Below are positions 1 to 12,200 of a stretch of DNA of 64,000 nucleotides, piece after piece. Origin of the DNA: Octopus bimaculoides (lineage: Eukaryota). The notes below the pieces were generated by a model. It was not told the DNA's origin. It saw only the letters and a program-made list of their open reading frames with translations, and searched no databases. The first letter of the stretch is position 1, and every line of letters begins with the position of its first letter. The translations under genes were made by a program, and so were the position numbers. Location: NCBI RefSeq assembly GCF_001194135.2, contig NC_068982.1, positions 155,525,442 to 155,589,441 on the forward strand, given 5' to 3'.

Positions 1-522
1 TCTCCCTCAACTCTCAAGTTTCTGTCCTCAAAGGTAAAGATTACAGTGGATAATGTAGAACCCTATGTCTTGTAAAAGTAAAAAAAAGGGCAGAATGTTT
101 GCAGGTGGAAGCCCTTTAATCATAGGTTTATATGATCCAACTGCGTTAAGGCTAAATATAACGTTGCCTTCCTCAGTGTCTTCATTAACAATTTCTACAC
201 TAACACCTCTTTCATCTATGTTTTCACAAAACAGATTCGGAAATATCTATGTCATAACTGTCTTTAAATGTTCTAGATATTTTCTCTACTAGAAATCTAC
301 AGTTATATGTAACATTTCAGCAGAAACTTCTATGAGGACACTCAATCTACAAGAAATAGCAGCCAAATTTCACACTCACTCCATATCACCTTAAAAATAA
401 GGATAATGAAGCTCTAGATATGCTGAATAAAAGACGGATGACTACAGTTGAAATTTCTTTGATTATATGTATGTTTGATCACAAATGATCAAGGGCTAAC
501 AAGAATCTTGTTAATGTAGTTA

Positions 523-544
523 TGTGTGTGTGTGTGTGTGTGTG
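523..544. repeat. (TG)n microsatellite
   Basis: Direct reading of about 11 TG units. Confidence 0.95.
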
Positions 545-699
545 TATGTTATATACAAGTTGCTATCATTTACAGTCATTTGTCACATTGTAAGCATCAG
601 TTAATATTGCTTCTTAACCATCTACTCTATCACTATTGCTCTGAGTGTCACCATTTCAACTAACAACTGCTATGACAAACAGTTCACCTCTTAAATTGT

Positions 700-1799
700 C
701 ACTGGGGAACAGATTCAATTTTTTGCCTATTGAATTAGATTTGACAATTAGTTCTAGGTAATTTGGGTGTGTTGAGCACACATTTTTACTCGATTTTGCT
801 CTATTAGGTCCTGATTTTGCTTGGGCTTCACTAAGAAAAATAAACATTGTATCAAGCAATGTTTCAAACAAATCTAGCCAACACGAACATCACTTACTGT
901 TGGAGAAGAAAATACCTAGTTAATTCACTTTTAATGACCAGAGATAAAACCATATTTTCTCCTCTATCTAAGAAACTAGGACTCATTAAACAATATGTAA
1001 AAGCTTTAGATACGAACAGCTTTTGTTTCAAATACATAACTTTAAAATTTCCAAGTCTAAGTTATGTAAAAATCAAGGCATAAGTTTTTAATGGTCCACA
1101 AATAAGAACATTAATTAAAGACTGCGATTTTCCTAATGTCATGAACGAATGCGAAAGAATTACGTGGTTCTCATTCGCGGACTTGATAGAAAATTTTTAG
1201 GCAATTATAGGGCAGGTAACTACGAAGAAATCGTAAAAAAAAAATTTTTAAGGGGCTACAAATAGTTAGGTTGCAATATGAGCATAAGGATGCATTTTTT
1301 TTGAATAGCCATCTTGACTAATTTCCAAGTAATTTAGGTGCTGTAAGTGACAAACAAGGGGAGAAATTCCACCAAGATATCAAAATTATGGAGGAATAGT
1401 ACCAAAGATGCTGAGATTACCACATGATGGCTGATTACTGTTGGTGTTTGAAAAGAGATCTGCCATCAACAAGCAAAATACCCTAGAAAGTCTTATAAAA
1501 AAATTTTTTGTCAGTGAAAGCTTCATATCTCTTAATTTTTTTATTTTAAGTATTTCTGTCATTATAATGTAATTTTACAGTAGTTTGAACTGCTTGTATT
1601 TATGAAACTTGAAAATAAATTTGAATACATGACTTAATTTTTTAGTCTTAATTTGAAAAATCTAGAAAATGGCACCTAGGCTGTTGATAAGAATCAGGAC
1701 CTGATAGAGCCAAACTGAGTTGAAATTCATATTCAGTGCACCCAAACTACCTAGAAGCAAGTATCAGATATCATTCAATAAAATATGTGTTCCCCGGTG
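700..1799 (+). mobile_element. Degenerate, internally deleted DNA transposon, most likely Chapaev3-like (CMC/EnSpm superfamily)
   Basis: Imperfect inverted repeats of about 110-120 bp starting CACTGGGGAACA (700) and ending TGTTCCCCGGTG (1799). Internal + strand remnant (about 930-1470, with stops and frameshifts) reads KLGLIKQYVKALD...FPSLSYVKIKA...GPQIRTLIKD...LGCNMSIRMHF..SHLD*FPSNLGAVSDKQGEKFHQDIKIME...MMADYCWCLKRD, a recognisable transposase C-terminus. Superfamily name is from recall of CAC..GTG termini and the H-rich/GE..H motifs. Confidence 0.75.
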
Positions 1800-3189
1800 T
1801 TATTATTAGGATGATGGATTAGTTGAATCATAAGAGCTTCAGACAAAATGCCTTAAACTATTTGTTCTGGCTCTTTACATTCTGGTTTCAAATCCTACCA
1901 AGTTTGACCTTGCCTTGCAGTCTTATACTGAAGTTGATGGTATCCACTAGCACCATCCCCACTTCACCCACCCACAATTTCAGGCCTGATGCCTGTGTTA
2001 GAAGCAATTGTTTCTGAAACCACTATTTGCTTCCCATGTTTATTCTATATTCCACCAAAAGAAGACTAAAAAAAGCCAATAAGAACCACAACATTTAGTC
2101 AGGTCGCTCTTGAGCACTACTGGTAACATGCAACCCAGTACAACCTGTCACATGGTTGGGTCATCAGTGACTAAACTGGCAACCCCATCAAGCTTGCTTG
2201 GTGAGGAGGGCGATTGTCGGACACCCTGCGGGACGAAAAATAAGACCCGTCAAAGGGTGGAAGAACTGCTGTGTAGTCAACGGCCAATTCAACAAATACC
2301 TTGTCGCGGTGAAGTGCCTGTGTGCTCCATTGATCCTGAGAGCTGTGCTGGGGGGAGAGAAATCTTCAGGCAGGTCTTACCAGGCCAGACAGGTCGAAGG
2401 GTAGGAGACAAACAAAACCTTAACGACAATAAATCAAAGCATCAACAGCAGGGTGTGGATTTAGTTATCAGCAGGACCTAACAGATCAGATTCCTGGCTT
2501 TGAACTTGTGGGATGTCATATAGAGGATCTTGAATACAAGACAATGGATAATATTCTTAGTTAGATGGAAACTGCAGGACCACATGGAGCAGTTCCCTGC
2601 GACTCCTATAGTATGCGCAACCAAAACCCCTAAAAGAGGGCATCCTATGGGACGACCTAAATAAGATGAGATGATTAAGTCACTATCTTATCAGTTTAGG
2701 ATATTTGCTCTACTTTGCAAAGAAATAGTTGCAGGATTAGTGTTAACAATTAGTGTGCTGGTATTAGCTAAGATAATAATGTACATCACTAAAATATCGT
2801 TAACATAGCACCAAACACAGCTTAACACAGAATCAACATAGCCTAAGCATAGCATTAACTCTTTTATCATATTTCTGTTGAAATACATTGCCTGAAAATA
2901 ATTAAAAAATGGAGTGAAATAACTTTATCCTTATTAAGCTGGTGTTTGGAACATATATTATCATGAATTTTGATGCAAGGTTGTAATTTAGATCACTTTA
3001 AAACAGCAAGCTTGTATTAAAGAACAAGAGTGATCTCAGGCAGGATGGTATGAAAGTAGTCCTTATAGCATTCATCAGCATAAGTTTATACTGAATATGT
3101 TTCTTTCGTAACTTTTGTAATGCTTCCAATTGTTATCTTTGTAGTCCATTATATTAGCATCACTCGTGTTTACTACCAAATCAATTATT

Positions 3190-3215
3190 TTTTTGTCCTC
3201 ATTCTCTACTTCCAG
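3190..3215 (+). promoter_or_regulatory. 3' splice acceptor of the giant exon
   Basis: Polypyrimidine tract TTTTTTGTCCTCATTCTCTACTTCCAG ending at AG 3214-3215, just upstream of the long open frame. The exon starts in phase 1 (xAT GCA TCA CAG CCT...). Confidence 0.75.
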
Positions 3216-6200
3216 ATGCATCACAGCCTGCACCAGAGACGCTTATTCATTCTACCACAAAACAATCAGTGAAGATGCCAATTATATCCAGTATTACACC
3301 TGAACTTCAGAAAATATGCCGGCTGACTATGGATAACAACTCTTTGTCACCATCTCAGTGTTCAGCACTGGCAGTAACAACCCAGTCAGCATTATCAGTT
3401 AACAAGACAGCCACTTTGCCACAAGCTTCAGCCATCAATCCACCAGATCCGTCCACTGCAACATTTGACAAGACCTCTGTGTTGCCAACATCACAAAATC
3501 TTGAAATGCAGTTGTCTCCTGCTTCAGACAAACCGACGAGAGATTTATTTGCTCTAAATAATATACAGGTTCCAAATTATTTGTCATTACCTGCCTTAAC
3601 ATCATCACCTCCAACTTCTGCATTAAATATACAATCGTCTTCCATTTCAAAACTTCAACCAAGGTTCTGTCCTAGTTCAGAAGCTTCTGTTTTAATGTCT
3701 TCATCTAAATCTGATGTATCATCGTCACCTTTAACTTCTTCTGTTACTGACACTTCTGAAGTAGCTAACACATTGCTACCTCAGTCAGTCACTCCAAACC
3801 AAACCTATTCTTCTAAGCAAACTGTTGTCTCTAAAGCTATTTCTCCAGTATCATCTACTCATTTAACTCCATCTTCTTCTCACTCTGTTCCTTTTAGCTC
3901 TGACACACAAACTTCACTACCCAGTACATTAGGATCTAGTACCTCACAAACTACTCCTCACTCTCTAAATAGTCCCCAGGTTTGCACTGCTACTTCAAGC
4001 AAATACACTCTCCCTCATCTAGATATATCGCTTGCACCAGTAAAACACCAAACTCCCATTTCTTCATTAGATCCCAAGATTTTGGTCCCGTGTTTATCTA
4101 CAAATATTATTACTCCAACTCTTACTGAAACATCAACCAATATCTCCTCATCAAACCCAAAGGTTTCAGTATCAACTTTATCTCCAAATACCAAACTTGT
4201 TTCTTCTACTCCAATTCCACTTGGTCCAGACTCATCAAAAAGTACCCCACTACTAGTTTCTAATTCATCATCAGACACAATGTCTGAAGTACCTAGTGTC
4301 AGGGTTATTCCATCTGCCACTAAAATTCCAGAACTTAGCTCATCACCTAATACTAAGGCTCCAGTATCCAACTCCTCAACATTCACTTCCTCTTCTGCTA
4401 CTGATACTTCAACTCTTACCTCTTCCTCTACTATGATCCCATCATCTCTAGCGGCCAGCTCCTCATCTACTACCAGTACTCTAATACCAAGTTCATTACA
4501 TATTAATGATAATAGGGCATCTGACATCCTCCCTGTTATCAAGACTTCAGTTTCCAGTTCTTTGTCTTCTACTGAAACTGCAGTTGCCAACACTTCTATT
4601 TCTGGTTCCTTGCCTGCCACTGACACTCCAAAATCGTGTTCGTCATCTGAAACCTCATCTTCTAGTTCATTTCATAAGCAAAATTTTGATGCTCAGAATA
4701 GCTCCCTAGGACTCAAAACCATACTGCAAACTGATAGTTTATCTCATTCTCTCGCTCCTGCAAAGATATTACCTGCTGTTTCTGAAAACAATTTGATGGT
4801 TTCTCGTTCAGTTACTCCCACTATCTCAACTAATTTTTCTCCTCTTCTTAAGAACTCAACTAATAATTCTGCTGCCAGTTCTCTGTCAGTTATCAATAAT
4901 CACTTGGCTGATTCTTCTGGTACATCATCCCTTGTTCCCATTGTTTTGGTTAGTCCTGTTTCTGCATCAAGTTCTAACACCAAAGCATCCAGTGGTAGTT
5001 TTGTACAACCCCCAACTCCTAGTCCTTCAGATCTCAACATTTCCACATCTAATTCTTCAAGTTCCAATGTCAACATTATGAGTAAGTCACCTCCAACTTC
5101 CAGTCCTACTGTGACTGAAAAGACTCCAGTTACCATCTGTGTTCCAACTGAAAGAGATCCCCAACCTATCTCTACTTCTGTATCACCCATTTTTACTTCT
5201 CCTACTGCTCCTTTGAAGATATCTACTCCTATTCCCAGCTCCACTTTTACATTGAATTCTTCTGATCTACAAACTACAAAAAGAAGTACATCTGATACCA
5301 AGACATTAGTTACTGACTTGTCTTCATCTTCATGTACACCCAATGTATCTGAATCATTGCCATTAACCTCTGGTATTACTGCTTCTAGTTCATTGTCAAC
5401 ATCTAAGACTTCAATTCCCAGTTCATCTGATCCACAACTTTTGTCACCTGGACTAAAAACTATTAGTTCAAGTGCTGATACAAAGCCACTAGCACTTAAT
5501 GATCCTAATTCTATGAAATCAAGCACAAGTGGTAGTTTCACAACCTCATCAGACAGCAAATCTCTTGGCACCAAAACCTCAGCTCCTGACTTGACTGATA
5601 GTCCTAAAATCTTGGCTTCCAGCTCTATCAATAGCCCCAAGATCTTGGTGCCCATTTCTTCTGATGGTCCCGAGATGTTGGCTTCTAGCTCTTCTGATAA
5701 CTGTAAGACCTTAGCACCCACCTTCGCTGATACCTCTATCACAACAGCTTCCAGCTCTACTCATAATCCTAGAACTTCAACTGATTGTCCAAAAACAGAT
5801 AATTCTAAGATGCTACCTACCAGTTTGACTACTAATACCACTTCTACTTTACCTAAAGCACTTGACTCAGTTTCTTCTGTCACCAAACTGTCTTGTACAG
5901 TTTCATCCTCCACTCCCAACTCAGTAAAATCTACCATTCTCAAAACACTGCCACCTAACAGCACATCTATTAAAACAAAATCACTTGATACCTCTGGACC
6001 TCAGAAACCAATGACTTCCAGTGACTCATTCTCTATGACAACACCAGTCATATCAGTTTCTGTGACACCAACACCCAGCTCTACAGATCCCCCTAAGCCT
6101 ACTTATTCTCCTTGCACATCATCTCCTACTTCTACAGCTAACCCTCAAACTCTGGATCTCAGCTGTACATCTGTTCCCTCTAACTCTACATCATCCCCCA

Positions 6201-9200
6201 AGGCACCAGCTTCTCACTCTACATTTGTCTCCAAAGCTCCAGTACCTAGTTCTACATCTTCCCCTAACATACCAGTCTCCAGCTCTACATCTGTCCCCAA
6301 AACTCAATCACTCACCTCAACAGCTGTCTCTAAAACACCAGCCCCCATTTCTACCATTTCCTCCAAAACTCCAGCACCTAGTTCTACTACTACCCCCAGG
6401 ACACCTGACTCTAGTTCCACATCTGTCCCCAAAATGTTAGCACCTGGTTCTACAACTCCCCTCAACACACCCATCCCTAAAACTCCAACACTCAGTTCTA
6501 CACCTATCTCCAAAACAACAACACTCACTCCTACAGCCACCTCTAATTCATCTGCTCCTAACTCTGTTGCTTCTCCAGCACCCAGTGTTAAAGCCACATC
6601 TACAGCACCAACCCCCAACTCTGCATCTCTCCCAAAAATTACAGCACCTAGCACTACCGCTTCTCCCAGCTCTACATCTACCCCCAATTCTACAGTTATC
6701 CCTAAGATACCAACCACCAGCTCTATATCTCTCTCAAAAATTTCAGCAACTATTACTACCGCTACCCCAAACTCTTCACCTGTTCTCAAAACTCCAGTAC
6801 CCTGTTCTACAGCTACTCCTAAGACGCCAGTTCCTAGTTCTACATCTGTTCCTAAAATCCCAACAAGCATCTCTGCAGTTGCCTCCAAGACACCAGCCCC
6901 CACCACATCTTCCTTGAAGACATCACACACAGTCACTACATCTTCCTCTAAGGCAGCAGCACCCACAGTGACAACTGTCCCTAAAACATCAACAACTACA
7001 AAAATATCTACAATCAAAACTCAAGTGTCTTTCTCCAAGACACCAGCCTCCACTACTGTAGATCCCCCAAAGACACCAGCCTCCACCATAACAGATGTCC
7101 CGAAAACACCAGCCTCCACCACTATAGATGCTGCAAAGACACCATCCTCCACCACAACAGATGTCCTAAAGACACCAGTCTCTACTGCAGATGTCCCAAA
7201 GACACCAGCCTCCACCACCATAGATGTCCCAAAAACACCAGCTTCCACTACTACAGATGCCTCAAAGACAGCAGCCTCTACCACAACAGACACCCCAAGA
7301 ATGCTAACACCCACAACTTCATCTGCTCTCAAAACAACAGTGCTCACCTCTACATCTTCCTCCAAGTCTTTAACTCTTAACTCTACATCTAACACTTCAG
7401 AAACTACCACTACAACTCTTTCTATGATTCCACTACCCAGTTCAAACTCTCAACACAGTACTCCAACATCAATTTCTACTTGTATTCAAAAGAATTTAGC
7501 ATCTAGCTCTACATCTTCCCCACAGGTCCCTTCACATAGCACTAATTCTACCCACAAGGCTTCACCAGCCAGTATTGTTTCTACAACAAAGACCTTGGCT
7601 GCCAATACTGCATCTGCACTCCAGATCAAACCAATAGCACCCACTTCTACAACTACCCCCAAGCCACCAGCAGCCACCTCTACAACTACCCCCAAGACAC
7701 CAGCAGCTGCCTNNNNNNNNNNNNNNNNNNNNNNNNNNNNNNNNNNNNNNNNNNNNNNNNNNNNNNNNNNNNNNNNNNNNNNNNNNNNNNNNNNNNNNNN
7801 NNNNNNNNNNNNNNNNNNNNNNNNNNNNNNNNNNNNNNNNNNNNNNNNNNNNNNNNNNNNNNNNNNNNNNNNNNNNNNNNNNNTCTACAACTACCCCCAA
7901 GCCACCAGCAGCCACCTCTACAACTACCCCCAAGCCACCAGCAGCCACCTCTACAACTACCCCCAAGACACCAGCAGCTGCCTCTACAACTACCCCCAAG
8001 ACACCAGCGCCCCCTTCTACAACTACTTCCAAAACATCAACACCCATTTCTACAGCTACTTCCAAGACATCAGGATCTATCTCTACCACTACCCCCAAGA
8101 CACCAGCACCCACTTCTACATCTACCCCCAAAACACCAGCATTCACCTCTACAACTACCCCCAAAACACCAGCACCCACTTCTACAACTAATCCTAAGAC
8201 ACCAGCAACTACTTCTACTATTACAAACAAAACACCAGTAATCACTTCTACATCTTCCCCCAACACATCAGCATCCATTTCTACAGCTGCACCCAAGACA
8301 GCCATCCCAAGCATTACAGCTGTCTCTAAGACACCGGCAATCAGCTCTACAATTGCTTCTAAGTTACCAGCACCCAGCCCTGCATCTGCCTCTAAAACAC
8401 CAGTGCTCACCTCTACAATTATTCCGAAGTCACAAGCCCCTGTCTCTGCAGCTGCCTCTAAATCAGCAGCACCCAACTCAACCTCTTCCCCCAATACACC
8501 AGCACCCACCTCTACTTCTGCTCCAAAGACACCAGCACCCACTTCTACAACTACTCCCAATACACAGGCCTTCAGTTCTGTATCTTCCCCTAAGAGCCTG
8601 GCTCCCAGCTCTACCTCTTCTCCCAAGACTCAAGCACCAACTTCTACAACTACCCACAAGACACAAACACCTAGCTCTTCTTCAACCTTACAAACATCAT
8701 CACCCAATTCATCTTCATCTACAACACCAACACCCATTTCTACAATACCAGCACCCACTTCTACAACTACCCACAACACATCATCACCAACTTCTACATG
8801 TACCCCCCACCTTCCATCACCAAACTCACCACCTACTCCTAGCACACCATCACCTAGCTCTTCAACTCTCAAAACCTCAACACCCAGCTCTTCTTCGGCC
8901 CCCAAGACACCAGCATTCAGTTCTACAGATACCCCCAAAATACTAGCATCCAACTCTACAGCTAAATCCATATCACCAACCACTACAGCTGTTTCTAGGG
9001 CCCCAGCTCTCAGCTCAACATCTGCTCCCAAGACACCAGAACCCACCTCTTCAGCTATCACCAAGGCACCAGCCCCCAGTTCCACCTCTACCAAGGCACC
9101 AGCCCCCAGTTCCACCTCTACCAAGGCACCAGCCCCNNNNNNNNNNNNNNNNNNNNNNNNNNNNNNNNNNNNNNNNNNNNNNNNNNNNNNNNNNNNNNNN

Positions 9201-12200
9201 NNNNNNNNNNNNNNNNNNNNNNNNNNNNNNNNNNNNNNNNNNNNNNNNNNNNNNNNNNNNNNNNNNNNNNNNNNNNNNNNNNNNNNNNNNNNNNNNNNNN
9301 NNNNNNNNNNNNNNNNNNNNNNNNNNNNNNNNNNNNNNNNNNNNNNNNNNNNNNNNNNNNNNNNNNNNNNNNNNNNNNNNNNNNNNNNNNNNNNNNNNNN
9401 NNNNNNNNNNNNNNNNNNNNNNNNNNNNNNNNNNNNNNNNNNNNNNNNNNNNNNNNNNNNNNNNNNNNNNNNNNNNNNNNNNNNNNNNNNNNNNNNNNNN
9501 NNNNNNNNNNNNNNNNNNNNNNNNNNNNNNNNNNNNNNNNNNNNNNNNNNNNNNNNNNNNNNNNNNNNNNNNNNNNNNNNNNNNNNNNNNNNNNNNNNNN
9601 NNNNNNNNNNNNNNNNNNNNNNNNNNNNNNNNNNNNNNNNNNNNNNNNNNNNNNNNNNNNNNNNNNNNNNNNNNNNNNNNNNNNNNNNNNNNNNNNNNNN
9701 NNNNNNNNNNNNNNNNNNNNNNNNNNNNNNNNNNNNNNNNNNNNNNNNNNNNNNNNNNNNNNNNNNNNNNNNNNNNNNNNNNNNNNNAAGGCACCTGCCC
9801 CCAGTTCTACAACTGCTCCCAAGGCACCTGCCCCCAGTTCTACAACTGCTCCCAAGGCACCTACCCCCAGTTCTACAACTGCTCCCAAGCCACCAGCACC
9901 CAGTTCTACAACTACTCTCAAGGCACCAGCCCCCAGTTCTACATCTAGCACCAAAACACCAGCCCCCAATTCTGCAACTACTCCCAAGACACCAGCCCCC
10001 AGTTCCACATCTAACATGAAAACATCAACCCCAAATTCTACATCTACTCCCAAGGCACCAACTACTACCACTATTTCTACCAAAACACCAACTCCCAGTT
10101 CTGCAACCACTCCCAAAGTTCCAGCACGTAGTTCTACTACTACTACTAGCAAAACACCAACCCCCAGTTCTACATCTAGTACCAAAACACCAGTAAGTAT
10201 TACAACAACCCCCAAGACGCCAGCACCCAAGATAGCTACAGTCACCTCTACAACAACTTCTAAAGCTTCATCACTTAGCTGTACCTCTTCTCCTGCAGTA
10301 CCCAGTTCTACTTCAACCTCCAACACACTCCTATCCAAGTCTCCCCTCAAATCTACTGTGGCCCTTTCCAATACTACATCCAAATCTCTGGCACCCAGCT
10401 CTGCCTCTCCTTCCTCTACCACTATTACTGTTGCATCCAAGACAACAGTGCCTACTTCTACCACTGCTTCTAAGACAACAGTTTCTACTTCTACCACAAC
10501 TCCTAAGACTACAGTTCCCATTTCTACCACTACTTCTAAGATCATAACTCCTATTTCTACCACTACTTCTAAAACTACAACTCCTACCACTACTTCTAAG
10601 ACTACAGCTTCTACCTCTATCACTACTTCTACCATTGCTTCTCCTTCCTCTGCTATTGCATCGAAAACAACAGTGCCTACTTCTAAGGCTACAGCTCCTA
10701 TTTCTACTATTGCTTCCAAGACTACAACTACTACCACCACTGCTAAGACAACACCTCCTACTTCTACCGTCACTGCTAAGACTACAGCTCCTACTTCTAA
10801 GACAACACCTGCTACTTCTACCGCTGCTTCTAAGACAACAACTCCTACTTCTACCACTGCTTCTAAGACAACAACTCCTATTTCTACCACTGCTTCTAAG
10901 CCAACACCACCTACTTCTACCACTGCTTCTAAGACAACAGCTCCTACTTCTACCACTGCTTCTAAGACAACACCCCCTACTTCTACCACTGCTTCTAAGC
11001 CAACACCCCCTACTTCTACCACTGCTTCTAAGACAACACCCCCTACTTCTACCACTGCTTCTAAGACAACACCCCCTACTTCTACCATTGCTTCTAAGAC
11101 AACACCCCCTACTTCTACCACTGCTTCTAAGACAACAGCTCCTACTTCTACCACTGCTTCTAAGACAACACCNNNNNNNNNNNNNNNNNNNNNNNNNNNN
11201 NNNNNNNNNNNNNNNNNNNNNNNNNNNNNNNNNNNNNNNNNNNNNNNNNNNNNNNNNNNNNNNNNNNNNNNNNNNNNNNACCTACTTCTACCACTGCTTC
11301 TAAGACAACAGCTCCTACTTCTACCACTGCTTCTAAGACAACACCCCCTGCTTCTAGCACTGCTTCTAAGACAACAACTCTTACTTCTACCATTGCTTCT
11401 AAGACAACACCCCCTACTTCTACCACTGCTTCTAAGACAACACCCCCTACTTCTACCACTGCTTCTAAGACAACAGCTCCTACTTCTACCACTGCTTCTA
11501 AGACNNNNNNNNNNCTTCTAAGACAACAGCTCCTACTTCTACCACTGCTTCTAAGACAACAACTCTTACTTCTACCATTGCTTCTAAGACAACAACCCCT
11601 ACTTCTACCACTGCTTCTAAGACAACAGCTCCTACTTCTACCACTGCTTCTAAGACAACACCTCCTACTTCTACCACTGCTTCTAAGACTACAGCTTCTT
11701 CCTCTAGCACTGCAGCCAAGACTACCACTGCTCCCAATTGTAATACTGTACCAAAGACCTCAACATCCAGTTCTACCATTATCACTAAAACTTCAACACC
11801 TTCCTCTGTCTCTGCTCTTAAATCTCCAATGCCCAAAGTTGTTTTAACTGGTTCCAAACCAGCAATACCTAGCATCATTTCTGATCCCAAAACAACAGTT
11901 TCCAGTTCTAAATTTGATGTGAAAAGTTCAATGTTGAGCTCTACATCTGGCAGTGAAGCAGCAACGCTGAGCAGCACAAGCAGTGACAAGACACTTGAGC
12001 CTAATGTGACATCTGGTATCAAAAGAAAAGCTCCTAGCTCCATTTCTAATGTCAAGAGACCAGCACTTAGCTCTTCTAGTGTTGAAAAGAAGCCTGCGTC
12101 TAGCTCTACCTCTAAGATAGCTTCCAGTTTTATCAAAGATTCTGAGGCATCTCCCATATCAACTCCTGAGGTTACCCTAATTTCTGGTTCAAAATCTTCA

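Noticed and set aside
10800-11690. 33-nt repeats as a CRISPR-like array
   Set aside because: No unique spacers; units are contiguous, codon-structured and inside a eukaryotic exon.
6225-11847. Alternative + frame ORFs with LLLPLLLRQQ or YNYPQ repeats
   Set aside because: Off-frame readings of the 33-nt repeat, often produced by the ORF finder running through N-gaps of estimated length.
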